64,000 nt of DNA, from the NCBI GenBank assembly GCA_963752025.1, contig CAVVWY010000016.1, forward strand, positions 75,579 through 139,578. The letters run 5' to 3'. The DNA comes from an uncultured Alphaproteobacteria bacterium (GTDB lineage Bacteria > Pseudomonadota > Alphaproteobacteria > Sphingomonadales > Sphingomonadaceae). A model generated the notes under the pieces. It saw only the letters and a list, made by a program, of their open reading frames with translations. It was not told the origin of the DNA and made no database searches. Below, in pieces: positions 51,216 through 62,584 of this stretch; the stretch's first letter is position 1, and each line of letters begins with the position of its first letter. The position numbers and the translations under genes are program-made.

Positions 51216-52004
51216 ATGATTCGGATGACCGATGTTGCGGTCCTGCTTGCGGCAAGTGTCGCCACGGGCGCGTGCGTCCAGACCAAGCAATATGCCGACA
51301 TGCAGTTCACGCCGCCGCAGGGCGACTACAAGCTGCTGGTCCTCCGCCCCGACGTCACCGTCGGGTCACTGACCACCGGCGGCATGGTCGAGCCTCGTGC
51401 AGACTGGACCGACGAGGCGCGCGCAAACATCGTCGCGGCGCTTCGAGCTCAGCAATCGGGTCACGGTGGCAAAGTCACGATTGTCGAGCACTGGAACCAG
51501 CTTCCCGGTGTCGCGCCGGAGGAGCTGGCGGACATTGAGCGCCTGAACGGAGCCGTCGCAGACTCGATCGTCGTCCACAAATATCTAGGCGACTATTTGC
51601 CCACGAAGCGGGGCAAGGGCCTCGACTGGACGCTTGGCCTCGACGCCGTCCGGCTCGGTCAGAAGACCGGCTACGACTATGCATTGTTCATGCACGCCGA
51701 GGACCAGGTCGCGTCCGGCGGACGGATTGCTCTTGGCGTGATCGGACTTGCCGGCTGCATCGTCGGCTTTTGCGCGCCCAACGTCGGCGGCGCACAGCAA
51801 CTCGATTATGCGTCACTGGTTGACCTCAAGACGGGCGAGGTTGTCTGGTTCAACGTCGTCCTCGCCTCCAGCGAAGTTCCAGGCATCAGGTTCGGCGACA
51901 TCCGCACGCCTCAGGGCGCGTCGCAGATGGTCGACCGGCTCCTCGGCCGCATGAGGCCCGGCGATGCGATCCGCGAATCCGCCTCGGCGAAGGACACGCA
52001 CTGA
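51216..52004 (+). CDS. Hypothetical lipoprotein
   Basis: Lipobox-like TGAC; ASLVDLKTGEVVWFN. Confidence 0.7.
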   Translation: MIRMTDVAVLLAASVATGACVQTKQYADMQFTPPQGDYKLLVLRPDVTVGSLTTGGMVEPRADWTDEARANIVAALRAQQSGHGGKVTIVEHWNQLPGVAPEELADIERLNGAVADSIVVHKYLGDYLPTKRGKGLDWTLGLDAVRLGQKTGYDYALFMHAEDQVASGGRIALGVIGLAGCIVGFCAPNVGGAQQLDYASLVDLKTGEVVWFNVVLASSEVPGIRFGDIRTPQGASQMVDRLLGRMRPGDAIRESASAKDTH

Positions 52005-53228
52005 TGTGCGGCCGCTGCCTCGAATTGAGCCGCCGTTCGCTGCTCATCGGCGGGGCGGCCGCGACGGCGTCAATCCACGCCGGCGTCGCGGAGGCTCGAA
52101 TCAAGCCACAGGACATGGTCCCGTTGGTTGGTCCTGGCTTCAAACCCACCGAACGCGACGAAATGGGGCTGTGGAAGGAGATGGATCGCGCCGAGGAGGA
52201 GATCGCCGGCTCCAACCTGCTAATCAACGATCCGAAGCTAACCGGCTACCTCAAGGGAATCATTGGTAAAGTCGGCGGTGCTGCGGCTCAGGATTTCCGC
52301 ATCTACCTGGCGCACATTCCTGACTTCAATGCGATGATGTTCCCGAGCGGTTTTGCGGTGGTCTTTACCGGCCTGCTGCTCCGCATGCGGAACGAGGCCC
52401 AGTTGGCCGGGGTAATCGCGCACGAATTCGGGCCACTTCCTGCGCCGTCACATGATCCGTTCCTGGCGCGACCAGAAGCGCAAGACCGACATCTTCGCCG
52501 TGGGGGCGATGCTCGCTGGCGTCGGCGGCGCAGGGGCCGGCGTCTACCTCGGAAATTATGTTCAGCTCGCGCAACTCGGTACTCTGCTGTCGCTGTTTCA
52601 GTACAGCCGCGTGATGGAGGCCGAAGCCGACGCGATGGGCGCGAAGCTAATCGCACAAACGGGCTATCCGCCGATCGAAATGGCGAACATCTGGGAACAG
52701 TTGATCGGCGAGGAGGACGCGACTGCACGCTATCGCGGTAAGCACCGTAGGCGCGGCTCACTGTTCGATACGCACCCGTCCGAGGGCTCGCGCATGGTCG
52801 ATCTACGCGCGGACGCCGCCGAGCTCACGGTTCCCGGAAAGCCGTATGACGCCGGGCGCCACCGCTACCTGTCGATGATTGGCGGCATTCGGCCGATGCT
52901 GCTCGACGATCAGGTGAAGCTCAACGATCCGGGCGGAAGCCAGTACCTCATCGAGACTCTCGCGCAGGACGGCTGGAACGGGCTCCTTCGCTTCTTCGAA
53001 GGCGAGGTGTGGAGGCTTCGGAACCGCCCCGGCGACCAGATCCGAGCCGACCAAAGCTATGCCGCCGCGGTCGCTTATCCCGACGCTCCGGCCGACGCGT
53101 GGCGTTGGCACGGGATTTCGTTGATGAAGCAGGGCCGGCCCGCGGAGGCGAGGGCCGCGTTCACTCGCTATCTCACGATGAAACCCGACGCGCCCGATGC
53201 CCCCTGGGTACGGCAGATGGCCGGCTGA
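52004..53228 (+). CDS. Tat-exported M48 metallopeptidase with TPR; frameshift near 52430
   Basis: SRRSLL Tat motif; LAGVIAHEFG(H), E.EAD..G, THP. Confidence 0.82.
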
Positions 53229-53242
53229 GAAGGCGAAAAACC

Positions 53243-53869
53243 ATGAAGATCGTCACAGCACTGATCATCTCATTAGCCGCCGTTGCTTTGCCCGCCTGCT
53301 CCAGCCTGGGTACCGGCGAATATGGCTACAGCAGCTATGGAATGGTCAGCGTCCACAGAGTCAGTGTCGGCGATGGCCAAATGTCCGTGGTCCCTCCACG
53401 GAACTACAACCGTCACCGCCGGATCCTCTTCTCCGACGTCGGTGACGTCGAGGATTGGACGCTGAACGGGCCGATCCTCGACGGCATTAGCTTCGTAAGT
53501 GGCATGAAGAACAACCGCGAGCTGATCCGTCAGCGCCGCACCGCCGACCAGCAGGTACCACGCTTCCGTTCGGACATGACCGCGCCGGAGATCACGGCGA
53601 TGCTCGAAAGCCTCTACCGCGTGAAGGGGGGGGCGGTTGAGCTGAGGACCCTTACGCTACAGCCGCGCCAGTTCCTTGGAGCGAACGGATTCCAATGGGA
53701 TTACGAGCATCTCGACACCGACGAGCTCTGGCGCAAGGGCAGGGCGGTCGGCGCGGTGATCGACGGTAAGCTTTACATGATCCTCATGGATGCGGCCCGC
53801 TCCCATTATTACGAGACGCAGCTTCCCGACTTCGAATCGATCGTCGCTTCGGCTCAGCGGCACGGCTAG
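53243..53869 (+). CDS. Hypothetical lipoprotein
   Basis: Lipobox LPAC. Confidence 0.7.
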   Translation: MKIVTALIISLAAVALPACSSLGTGEYGYSSYGMVSVHRVSVGDGQMSVVPPRNYNRHRRILFSDVGDVEDWTLNGPILDGISFVSGMKNNRELIRQRRTADQQVPRFRSDMTAPEITAMLESLYRVKGGAVELRTLTLQPRQFLGANGFQWDYEHLDTDELWRKGRAVGAVIDGKLYMILMDAARSHYYETQLPDFESIVASAQRHG

Positions 53870-54045
53870 CCAACCGGCGAGATCGGCCCCGGCGAGGGGT
53901 TGGTGCCGGGTGATGTGGGCGTAGGCACATCGATGTCCGGCCCCTGCGGCGGTGTTTCGGGTGGCGGCTGGATCGGCTGCCCGGGCTGGCTTGGCTCGGC
54001 CGGGGTCTGCGGCGGCGTCTCGGGGACTGTGGGTTGCTGTTGCAT
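53866..54045 (-). CDS. Small Pro/Gln-rich protein
   Basis: AAAGGAG RBS; MQQQPTVPETPPQTPAEP... Confidence 0.55.
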   Translation of the reverse strand: MQQQPTVPETPPQTPAEPSQPGQPIQPPPETPPQGPDIDVPTPTSPGTNPSPGPISPVG

Positions 54046-54142
54046 CGGCGCGGTTCTCCTTTTGAGACCGAACGCCGTGCGCCGCCGTGGGTTGCTCATC
54101 GGCGCGTGCCTGTTATAGGCCCGCATCCTTTCAGGCGTCCGC

Positions 54143-54225
<83 letters not shown>

Positions 54226-54278
54226 GCCGCCGCAGTCGCCGAAGTCGCCGAAGCCAGATTATTCAGGACCTTAGCAAC

Positions 54279-55889
54279 GTGACCATCAAGACCGTCGAGA
54301 CCGAGAACGAGGGCCTGAAGCGCGCCTTCATGCTGACCATTCCCGCCAAGGACATCGAGGCGCGGGTCGAACAGGAAGTGAAGCGGCTTGCCCCGCAAAT
54401 TCGCATGCCTGGCTTCCGCCCCGGGAAGGTCCCGCCGAACCTCATCCGCAAGATGCATGGCGATAGCCTGCAGGGCGAAGCGCTGAACACAGCGGTTCAG
54501 GATGGCGTTCAGCAGCTGTTGGCGGACCAGAACATCCGTCCGGCGCTCCAGCCGCAGGTGGAGCTCGATGAAGCGTATGAGCCCGGCAAGGACGCCGAGG
54601 TCCGCGTCCGCCTCGAAGCGCTCCCCGACGTACCGCCGGCGCAGATCGAAGATCTCAAGATCGACCGGCTTACGGTCGAAGTCGACGATTCCGCCGTCGA
54701 CGAGCAGCTGAAACAGCTCGCCAGCGCCAACAAGAACTGGAACGACGCGCCGAAGAAGCACGTTGCTGCGACCGGCGACCTCGTCGTCATGGATTACGAC
54801 GGCAAGGTCGACGGAGATCCGTTCGAAGGTGGCAAGGGCGAAGACATGTCGGTCGAGCTTGGCTCGGGTCGTCTGATCCCTGGCTTCGAGGACCAGTTGG
54901 TCGGTGCAAAGGCGGGTGACGAGCGTCAGCTCAACGTGACCTTCCCGGCCGATTATCCGGTCGGCGAACTCGCCGGCAAGGACGCAACCTTCGACGTCAA
55001 AGTGAAGGCGGTGAAGACCGCCGGCGAAACCAAGATCGACGATGACTTCGCCAAGGCGCTCGGCCTCCAGAGCCTTGATCAGCTTCGCGGCCTGATCCGC
55101 GGTCAGCAGGAGCAGGAGCTCAATGGACTAACGCGTACGCATATGAAGCGCCAGTTGCTCGATCAGCTCGCCGACCGTCACGACTTCCCTGTGCCGCAGT
55201 CCATGGTCGACGCGGAGAATGAGAATATCCTGAACCAGCTTCGGCACGAGGCGAGCCATGAGGAAGATCCGCAGGCCGCCCTCGCCGAAATCGAGAAGGA
55301 TGCGTCCGAATATCGCCGCATCGCCGAACGCCGCGTGCGCCTCGGCCTGCTTCTTTCTGAGATTGGCGGCGCAAACGGCGTGCAAGTGAGCGAGCAGGAA
55401 ATGCGCAACCTGATCGTCCAGGCTGCTTCGCAGTATCAGGGCCAGGAGCGCGAACGCTTCCTCCAGCTCGTTCAGCAGGAGCCGATGTTCGCCGCCCAAC
55501 TGCGCGCGCCGCTCTATGAGGACAAGGTCGTCGACTTCCTTTTCTCCAAGGCTGACGTCACCGACCGTACCGCGACCCGCGAGGAGATTGAGGCTGATCT
55601 CGAGAGCGAGGAAGGTCATGTCCACGGTCCGGGTTGCGGCCACGACCATGGCCACGCACCCACGAAGAGGCCGAAGGCGAAGAAGGCTGCCCCTAAGAAG
55701 GCCAAGGCTGCAGAAGAGCCGCAGCCGGAAGAGCCCGCCAAGGGCGGGCCGGTGGAGGCGAAGGGTTCCAAGCCGAAGGCGGCAAAGCCGCTGAAGGACG
55801 AGCCTGGCCGCAAGCCTGCCGAAGCGAAAGCCGAGCCGAAGCCGGCAGCCAAGAAGGCTCCAGCGAAGAAGCCTGCGAAGAAGGGTTGA
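54279..55889 (+). CDS. tig: Trigger factor with His- and Lys/Ala-rich tail
   Basis: PGFRPGKVP; FKBP domain LIPGFEDQL; GTG start. Confidence 0.96.
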   Translation: MTIKTVETENEGLKRAFMLTIPAKDIEARVEQEVKRLAPQIRMPGFRPGKVPPNLIRKMHGDSLQGEALNTAVQDGVQQLLADQNIRPALQPQVELDEAYEPGKDAEVRVRLEALPDVPPAQIEDLKIDRLTVEVDDSAVDEQLKQLASANKNWNDAPKKHVAATGDLVVMDYDGKVDGDPFEGGKGEDMSVELGSGRLIPGFEDQLVGAKAGDERQLNVTFPADYPVGELAGKDATFDVKVKAVKTAGETKIDDDFAKALGLQSLDQLRGLIRGQQEQELNGLTRTHMKRQLLDQLADRHDFPVPQSMVDAENENILNQLRHEASHEEDPQAALAEIEKDASEYRRIAERRVRLGLLLSEIGGANGVQVSEQEMRNLIVQAASQYQGQERERFLQLVQQEPMFAAQLRAPLYEDKVVDFLFSKADVTDRTATREEIEADLESEEGHVHGPGCGHDHGHAPTKRPKAKKAAPKKAKAAEEPQPEEPAKGGPVEAKGSKPKAAKPLKDEPGRKPAEAKAEPKPAAKKAPAKKPAKKG

Positions 55890-56818
55890 GCGAGCTCCAG
55901 CTCGTCTGCTCCGACTTCGACGCCGCGCTCGATCTGTTGCGCGGCGCGGGGGTTAGCCTGGACCTCATCTATCCGGCAGACGATCCGCACAGCGCCGTTC
56001 TGACGCATAACGGCGCACGTATTCGTCTGACGAGCAGGCCAGACGTCGGGGAGCCCTCCGCCGAGCTGCCGCCGTTCAAGCCCGAGTTCGTGTTGACGCG
56101 CGGTGGCGCTTCCGGGACTGGGCGCGCCGGTATGCGCTATCGCGACCTGATCCCGACCCGCCTCGGCGGGCGGTACATCGCGTCGCACATCACGATCCCC
56201 GAAGGTGGTCCTGTTGCCGACTGGGTCCATTTCCATCGCATTACCGTTCAGGCGCTCATGGTCGCTCGCGGCTGGGTGCGCGTCGTCTACGAAGACCAGG
56301 GCGACCCGTTCGTGCTGAACGCTGGCGACCTCGTCCTTCAACCGCCTGGAATCCGGCATCAGGTGCTCGAGAGCTCGCCGGGCTTGGAGGTCATCGAGAT
56401 TGCCGCTCCGGCGCTGCACGCGACCTTTGCCGATCACGAGATGGCACTGCCGAACGGCACGCTCGCTGCCGATCGAGACTTCTCAGGTCAGCATTTCCTG
56501 CGGCACGTTGCGGCGCAGGCTTCGTGGACGCCTTTCCACGGCGGGGAGGTCCAGGAGACAGCCATGCGAGCCGCGACGCGCGGCATTGCCGACTTCCGGA
56601 CATTGCGCCAGGAGGGGCCGAGCATCGACGTGCCTCCGCACGCTGGCGAACTGGTGTTCGGCTTCGTTCTCCGAGGAAACGCGGAGCTTGGCTTTGACGA
56701 AGGGCATAAGCTTGTCCGTGAGGACTCGTTCGTCATTCCGCCCGGCAAAACCTGGAGCCTTCGAAACATGTCTGACGATTTCCGCCTGCTGCATGTCACG
56801 ACGGAGCGGCTTGGCTAA
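55886..56818 (+). CDS. Cupin-domain protein
   Basis: WVHFH...QPPGIRH; second cupin at the C-terminus. Confidence 0.75.
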   Translation: MSELQLVCSDFDAALDLLRGAGVSLDLIYPADDPHSAVLTHNGARIRLTSRPDVGEPSAELPPFKPEFVLTRGGASGTGRAGMRYRDLIPTRLGGRYIASHITIPEGGPVADWVHFHRITVQALMVARGWVRVVYEDQGDPFVLNAGDLVLQPPGIRHQVLESSPGLEVIEIAAPALHATFADHEMALPNGTLAADRDFSGQHFLRHVAAQASWTPFHGGEVQETAMRAATRGIADFRTLRQEGPSIDVPPHAGELVFGFVLRGNAELGFDEGHKLVREDSFVIPPGKTWSLRNMSDDFRLLHVTTERLG

Positions 56819-56874
56819 CGATCGCTTAGCTGTTCAAACCTATCTATAGCCGCAGTCTATTCGAGGGGGATTGA

Positions 56875-57813
56875 TTGGACCGTCCGGAATTGCCGCGCAT
56901 CGCTGTGCTCCTGCCTTGCTACAATGAGGAAGCAGCGATCGGGGAGACCGTGCGCGGTTTCCGCGACGCCCTGCCGTCGGCGACGATCTACGTTTACGAC
57001 AACAACAGCCGCGATCGCACCCGCGAGGTGGCCGCGGAGGCTGGCGCCGTCGTGCGTTCGGAAAAGCAGCAAGGCAAAGGCAATGTGGTGCGGCGAATGT
57101 TCGCCGACATCGACGCCGATGTTTACGTGATGGCCGACGGTGACCTGACCTACGATCCCCGGGCCGCCCCGGCGATGGTCGATATGTTACTCGCAGATCA
57201 GCTGGACATGATCGTCGGCACCCGGCGCCACGAGGAAAAGGACGCGTATCGCGGCGGCCACGTCCTCGGGAACAAGATCTTCACCGGCCTTCTCTCGGGA
57301 CTATTCGGTCGCAGCTTCAGCGACATCTTCTCCGGCTATCGCGTCTTCTCCCGCCGGTTCGTGAAGAGCTTTCCAGTCCTCTCCTCCGGCTTCGAGATCG
57401 AAACCGAAATGAGCGTTCACGCGCTTGAGCTGCGCATGCCGGTCGGCGAGGTCGAGACAAGTTACGGTGCCAGGCCCGAGGGATCGCACTCGAAGCTCTC
57501 CACCTATGGTGACGGGTGGCGGATCCTGCGCACGATATCGACGCTCTACCGCGTCGAGCGCCCGGTGCTTTTCTACGGCGGCATCGGAGCGATCCTGGTG
57601 GTCGCTCGCCTTCGTGCTCGCCGGGCCGCTCATCGTGACCTATATGCACACGGGCCTGGTGCCACGCTTCCCGACGGCGATCCTGGTCACCGGGATGACC
57701 ATCATCGCGGTGCTCTGTTTTTTCACCGGTTTGATCCTCGACACGGTGACGCGCGGCAGGCGAGAGATACGGCGGCTTGCCTACTTTCCCTGGAAGCCCC
57801 GGGATCACTGTAG
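56875..57813 (+). CDS. GT2 polyprenol-phosphate glycosyltransferase; frameshift near 57605
   Basis: PCYNE, DNNS.D, ADGD; C-terminal TMs in the alternate frame. Confidence 0.85.
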   Translation: MDRPELPRIAVLLPCYNEEAAIGETVRGFRDALPSATIYVYDNNSRDRTREVAAEAGAVVRSEKQQGKGNVVRRMFADIDADVYVMADGDLTYDPRAAPAMVDMLLADQLDMIVGTRRHEEKDAYRGGHVLGNKIFTGLLSGLFGRSFSDIFSGYRVFSRRFVKSFPVLSSGFEIETEMSVHALELRMPVGEVETSYGARPEGSHSKLSTYGDGWRILRTISTLYRVERPVLFYGGIGAILVVARLRARRAAHRDLYAHGPGATLPDGDPGHRDDHHRGALFFHRFDPRHGDARQARDTAACLLSLEAPGSL

Positions 57814-57945
57814 CTTTCCTGCATCACAGGCGCACAATTGTGTCGGATGCGTGACAATCCTGCCTCCCGGCGATCTCTAACCTCGGTTAGCCTTTCGGCG
57901 CGAATTGAAGCGGAGCGCTCGTGCTTCGCCGAACTCGGGGGGTAT

Positions 57946-60900
57946 ATGAAGCGGACGAACACGATCCTTCGTACCGGTGTGGCTATTGCCGCGCTGGCCA
58001 CAGCAACGGCAGGAGCTCAAGCGCAGAGCATGCAGCCGCCGCCCGCAGTGGTGGCCGGACAGGCGCCGCCCGCTTCGCCCGCCGCTTCGGCTCAGGGGCC
58101 CGGCAACGATATCGTCGTCACGGGCTCGCGCATCCGCCGCAATCCGCTCGATCTCGATGCGCCTCGAATTTTCATCGACCAGAAGGACATTGCCAAAACC
58201 GGCCTCAACTCGATCAACGACGTTCTTCAACGTCTTCCGAGCTCGGGCGGTGGTCTAAACAGCAAGTTCAACAACTCGGGCAACCTTGGCAACCCGCCGG
58301 ACGGCGGCGGCGTCGGCGCCGGCGCAGCGGAGATCGACCTGCGCTATCTTGGCTCGCGTCGTGTGCTCGTGCTCGTCGACGGCCTCCGTTACGTGAACGG
58401 CGCGTCGGCCGCGGGCGTGCCGGGCTCGACCGACCTCAATTCGATTCCCGAAAGTGCGATCGAACGGGTCGAGGTGCTACAGGACGGCGCTTCCGCGATT
58501 TACGGTTCTGACGCGATCGCGGGTGTCGTCAACTCATCACGAAGCGTCGCCAGGCAGGCTTCGTCGCAAGCGCGCAGCTTAGCGGCTACTGGCAGGAGGG
58601 CGACGGTTTCACCCAAAATTACCAGCTGAGCTGGGGCAACGGAAGCAACGGCCCGCTGCAGGTCGTCATCGGCGGCGATTACGTGAAGCAGAAGGGCGTT
58701 TCCGCGGGCGATCGGTCGATCTCGGCCTTCCCGGCTCCTTATGCCAACAGCTGCGCCGCGGGCGGCTGCTCGGGTTTCACACCGCTCGGCCGTTTCGATG
58801 TGCTTCAAAATCCGGCGCTGCCGCGCTCGGCGACGAACGACTTTCTCGATCTGACGCTGAATGCGCCGGTGGTTGGGCGTGCCCGTCTATAATCCGGCCA
58901 ATCCGACCGGTCCGGGCACCGACTTCCACAATTTCGGCACGCCCGATCGCTTCAACTTCGCACCGTACAATTCCTCCAAATCCCGCTGGAGCGCTACGGC
59001 GTCTTCGCCAACGCGAAGTACGACATACGCCTGACGATTCATTCTCGCTCAAGGGAGTGTGGAACGAGCGCAAGTCGAAGAATCAGGCCGCTCCGTTGCC
59101 GTTCGGCATCGGGCCGGCGCTCGGCATCACGCCGGTCCTCGACGCCACGATCGTCGACGCACCAATCCGTTCAATCCGTACGGAGTGACGCTCGACGTCG
59201 AACAACATGGACTTCATCCTGCGCCGTTTCGTCGAAGGCGGTCCGCGCCGGTTCTCGCAGAAGGTCGACACCTATTACGTGTCGGCCACCCTCGACGGCC
59301 GTTTCGGGATGCTCAACCAGCGATTGGTACTGGGACATCAACGGCGTCTACGGCAAGAACAAGGCCAAGCAGACGATGTTCGGCAACATCAACTCGAAAA
59401 TCTGCGGTATCGCTCTTGGCCCGGTCGCCGACCTGCGCGGCGACGCCCGGGCTGCATCCCGTTCAACTTGTTCGGCGGCGCAGGCTCGATCACTCCGGCG
59501 ATGATCGATTGGGTTACGTTCGTCCAGCACGACAGCAGCGAGCAGACGACGTAGGACTTCACGGCGAACGTATCGGGCAAGCTGTTCGAACTTCCGGGCG
59601 GCCCGCTCGGCCTCGCGGTTGGCGTTGAATATCGCAAGCTCAGCGGCCGTTTCGATCCTGATCCGATCGTCAGTGCCGGCTTCAGCTCGGATATTCCGGC
59701 CCAGCCGACCAAGGGCAGCTATAATGTCAAGGAAGCCTATGCGGAGTTCAACGCTCCGCTGCTTGCCAGGACGTACCTGCGTCGAGTTGCTCGAAGTGGA
59801 CGCGGCCGTCGCGTATCGGACTATTCGACGTCGGCTCGACGACGACTTTCAAGGGTCGGCGTGCAATTGGAAGCCGATCAAGGTGCTGCGTCTGCGCGGC
59901 TCCTACGCGGAAGGCTTCCGCGCTCCGTCGATCGGCGAACTATTTGGAACGCGTCGCGCTTCGACCAGACGATCAGCGATCCCTGCTCGAACGACAGCAC
60001 GGCGCAGCGAGAACTTCCTCAACAATACCGACGTGAAAGCGCAATTGTATCGCTCACGGCGTGCCCGCCAATGGAAGCTACAGGCAGGCGAACCCGCAGA
60101 TCTCCGTGCTGGTCGGCGGCAACGAAGACTTGAAGCCGGAAACGTCGAAGAGCTGGGTGTTCGGCGGCGTGCTTAGCCCGTCTGTCCTTCCGGGCCTGTC
60201 GATCGAGGTACAACCACTACAACATCAAGATCACGGCGCGATCCAGCCGTCGATGCGGCTGTGACGGTGACGAATTGTGAGGTGCACAACGACCCGACGG
60301 CCTGCGCCCTCGTTAGCCGCTCGCCGAGCGGCCAGCTGACCCAGGTTGCCGGCCTGCTGCGGAACATCGCGGCCATCAAGACCAAGGGATCGACGTCAAC
60401 ATCGCCTACCGTACGCAGAGGACGAGCTACGGCACGTTCGGCATCACCTGGAACAACACCTGCCTGAAGAAGTACGAGGTGATCGTGCCGATCGCCGGCG
60501 GAACGCAGGTGATCGGCCGCAAGGCACGGAGCAGGGCAGCCCGTCGCAGGGCTTCCCGAAGTGGAAGTCGGTCGGCATCCTCGACTGGGATCTGAACGAC
60601 TTCGGCGCGACGGTTACCGGACGCTATGTCTCGAAGCTGCGTGAGAGCGATGGCAACATGATGGGCCACCGCTTCTACACCGACCTTCAGCTCCGCTGGA
60701 CGCCGCGGTGTCTGGATCGCCGCATCGGCGTTGGCGGTCGGCGCGAACAACCTGTTCAACACCAAGGCGCCGGGCTGCAACACCTGCGACCTCAACAACT
60801 TCGATCCGACGATGTACGACCTCCGGGCCGCTACTTTTACGCGCGTGTCGGCGTGACGATGGGCGCGAGCCACGGTTACGCCGGCGTACACGCCGGCTCC

Positions 60901-60985
60901 GCCGCCGCCGCCGCCGGCAGTTGAGCCGGCCCCGCCCCACCGCCGCCGCCGCCGCCACCGGCCGGCGCCGGAGCGGGGCAACTAA
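57946..60985 (+). CDS. TonB-dependent receptor, heavily frameshifted, with Pro-rich PERG tail
   Basis: [64 protein letters not shown]; final codons P-A-P-E-R-G-N-stop. Confidence 0.85.
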
Positions 60986-61006
60986 AGGAGCGTAATCGAT
61001 TAGGAA

Positions 61007-61037
61007 GAGGCGGTCCGGCGCAATGCCGGGCCGCCCC
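61007..61037 (+). terminator. GC hairpin after the TonB-dependent receptor
   Basis: GGCGGTCCGGC-GCAAT-GCCGGGCCGCC. Confidence 0.5.
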
Positions 61038-61102
61038 GGGCGTGAACTATCCTTACAAGCGAAGCACGGTCCGGCATGCGGGCGGCCCTTCTCTCACGCC
61101 GC

Positions 61103-61131
61103 CTTGAACCTTGCGGGTTTCACGCCGATGT
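61103..61131 (+). promoter_or_regulatory. Putative RpoH (sigma32) promoter of clpP
   Basis: CTTGAA-N16-CCGATGT. Confidence 0.45.
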
Positions 61132-61162
61132 AGGCTGCACCACAAAAGAGGATCCGTTTTCC

Positions 61163-61820
61163 GTGATCGACCATCAGGACATCGTTTCGCAGCTCGTTCC
61201 CATCGTCATCGAGCAATCCAACCGGGGTGAGCGCAGCTTCGACATCTATTCGCGGCTGCTTCGCGAGCGGATCGTGTTCATCACCGGGCGCGGTCGAGGA
61301 CCATATGGCGTCGCTCGTCACCGCCCAGCTCCTTTTCCTCGAGTCCGAGAACCCGAAGAAGGACATCTTCATGTACATCAACAGCCCGGGCGGCGTGGTC
61401 ACTGCCGGGCTCGCGATCCACGACACCATGCAATACATCCGGCCCAAGATCAGCACCGTTTGCATCGGCCAGGCCGCCTCGATGGGCAGCTTCCTGCTCG
61501 CAGCCGGCGAGCCCGGAATGCGCGTCGCGCTGACCAACAGCCGGATAATGGTCCACCAGCCCTCGGGCGGCGCGCAAGGCATGGCCGCCGACATCGAGAT
61601 CCAGGCGCGCGAAATCCTTCGCATGCGCCAGCGCCTCAACGAGCTTTACGCCAAGTACACGGGCCAAACGATCGAAGAGATCGAGAAGGCCATGGACCGC
61701 GACAAGTTCCTCGAGGCGGACGAGGCCAAGGCTTTCGGTCTCATCGACGAAGTGTTCGACAAGCGCCCCGACGCTGGCGAGGACGCCGGCACGGGCGCGG
61801 GGGATGTTACGCCGACTTAA
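61163..61820 (+). CDS. clpP: ATP-dependent Clp protease proteolytic subunit; frameshift near 61288
   Basis: [27 protein letters not shown]; YINSPGG, AASMG, MVHQP. Confidence 0.93.
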
Positions 61821-62003
61821 GGGACGCCTGTCGTAGAGGCGTCACGACGCGGACGGCCCGTGAGCGCCGGGATTACCGCCTGCCAATTTCTGAGCCATTC
61901 GAACCACCTGCCGCTTGAGCGCAGGCAGGAGAGGCAGGTTCCAACGCTTGCGAGTTGCGGCGAGGCAAAATGGTTCGATGTTCGGCCGGTACTCCACGCG
62001 CTC

Positions 62004-62029
62004 GTGTCTGTTGGGTGGAAAGAGGCAAC
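62004..62029 (+). repeat. Palindromic repeat family copy
   Basis: GTGTCTGTT-GGGTGG-AAAGAGGCAAC. Confidence 0.55.
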
Positions 62030-62121
62030 CTCACGGGCGATTGCCTACGGAAAATTTCTGATGCCGGCCATTGGGGTCCGCTGATAGGCCCCGTCGCTAT
62101 AAAGGCGGGGAGAGGCATCGG

Positions 62122-62580
62122 ATGTTTCTAAGCTTGGGCGAGTTCGTGCCGAACGCGGAACGTCTCGCTCACATCTTCTCAACGGCTACCGCACCCACGT
62201 TTTTCCTCGGAGCGGTCGCCGCATTCGCTTCGCTTATGACCTCTCGCATGGAGGCGGCGATGAACCGTGTCCGGGCGCTCAACTCTATCGCAGACATGAA
62301 CAAAGAGCGCGCTCACTTGAAAGCGGATGTGGAGCGGCTTCTGCGTCGGGCGCGGTTGCTGAAAAGTGGGATAATCAACGCGTTAGTGGCGGGCGTTTGT
62401 GCAACAGTGCTTCTCGCAGACCTGTTCGCCACCGAATTTGTCGGCCTGAAATACGCTTATGGCGCGGGCATCTTGTTCATGATCGCAACAATCTTCCTCG
62501 GCGTCGCGCTCGTGAGATTCGCCCAGGAGGTACGCATCAGCTTGCACGAGTCCGACAACTTCGAAGCAAAGACCGTATAG
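62122..62580 (+). CDS. DUF2721 membrane protein
   Basis: APTFFLGAV...R..R...L.RRARL; three TMs; FAQEV. Confidence 0.8.
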   Translation: MFLSLGEFVPNAERLAHIFSTATAPTFFLGAVAAFASLMTSRMEAAMNRVRALNSIADMNKERAHLKADVERLLRRARLLKSGIINALVAGVCATVLLADLFATEFVGLKYAYGAGILFMIATIFLGVALVRFAQEVRISLHESDNFEAKTV

Positions 62581-62584
62581 TCGG

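Noticed and set aside
55660-55889. AAG/GCC-rich repeats at the end of tig
   Set aside because: They encode the Lys/Ala/Pro-rich protein tail and are not an independent DNA repeat.
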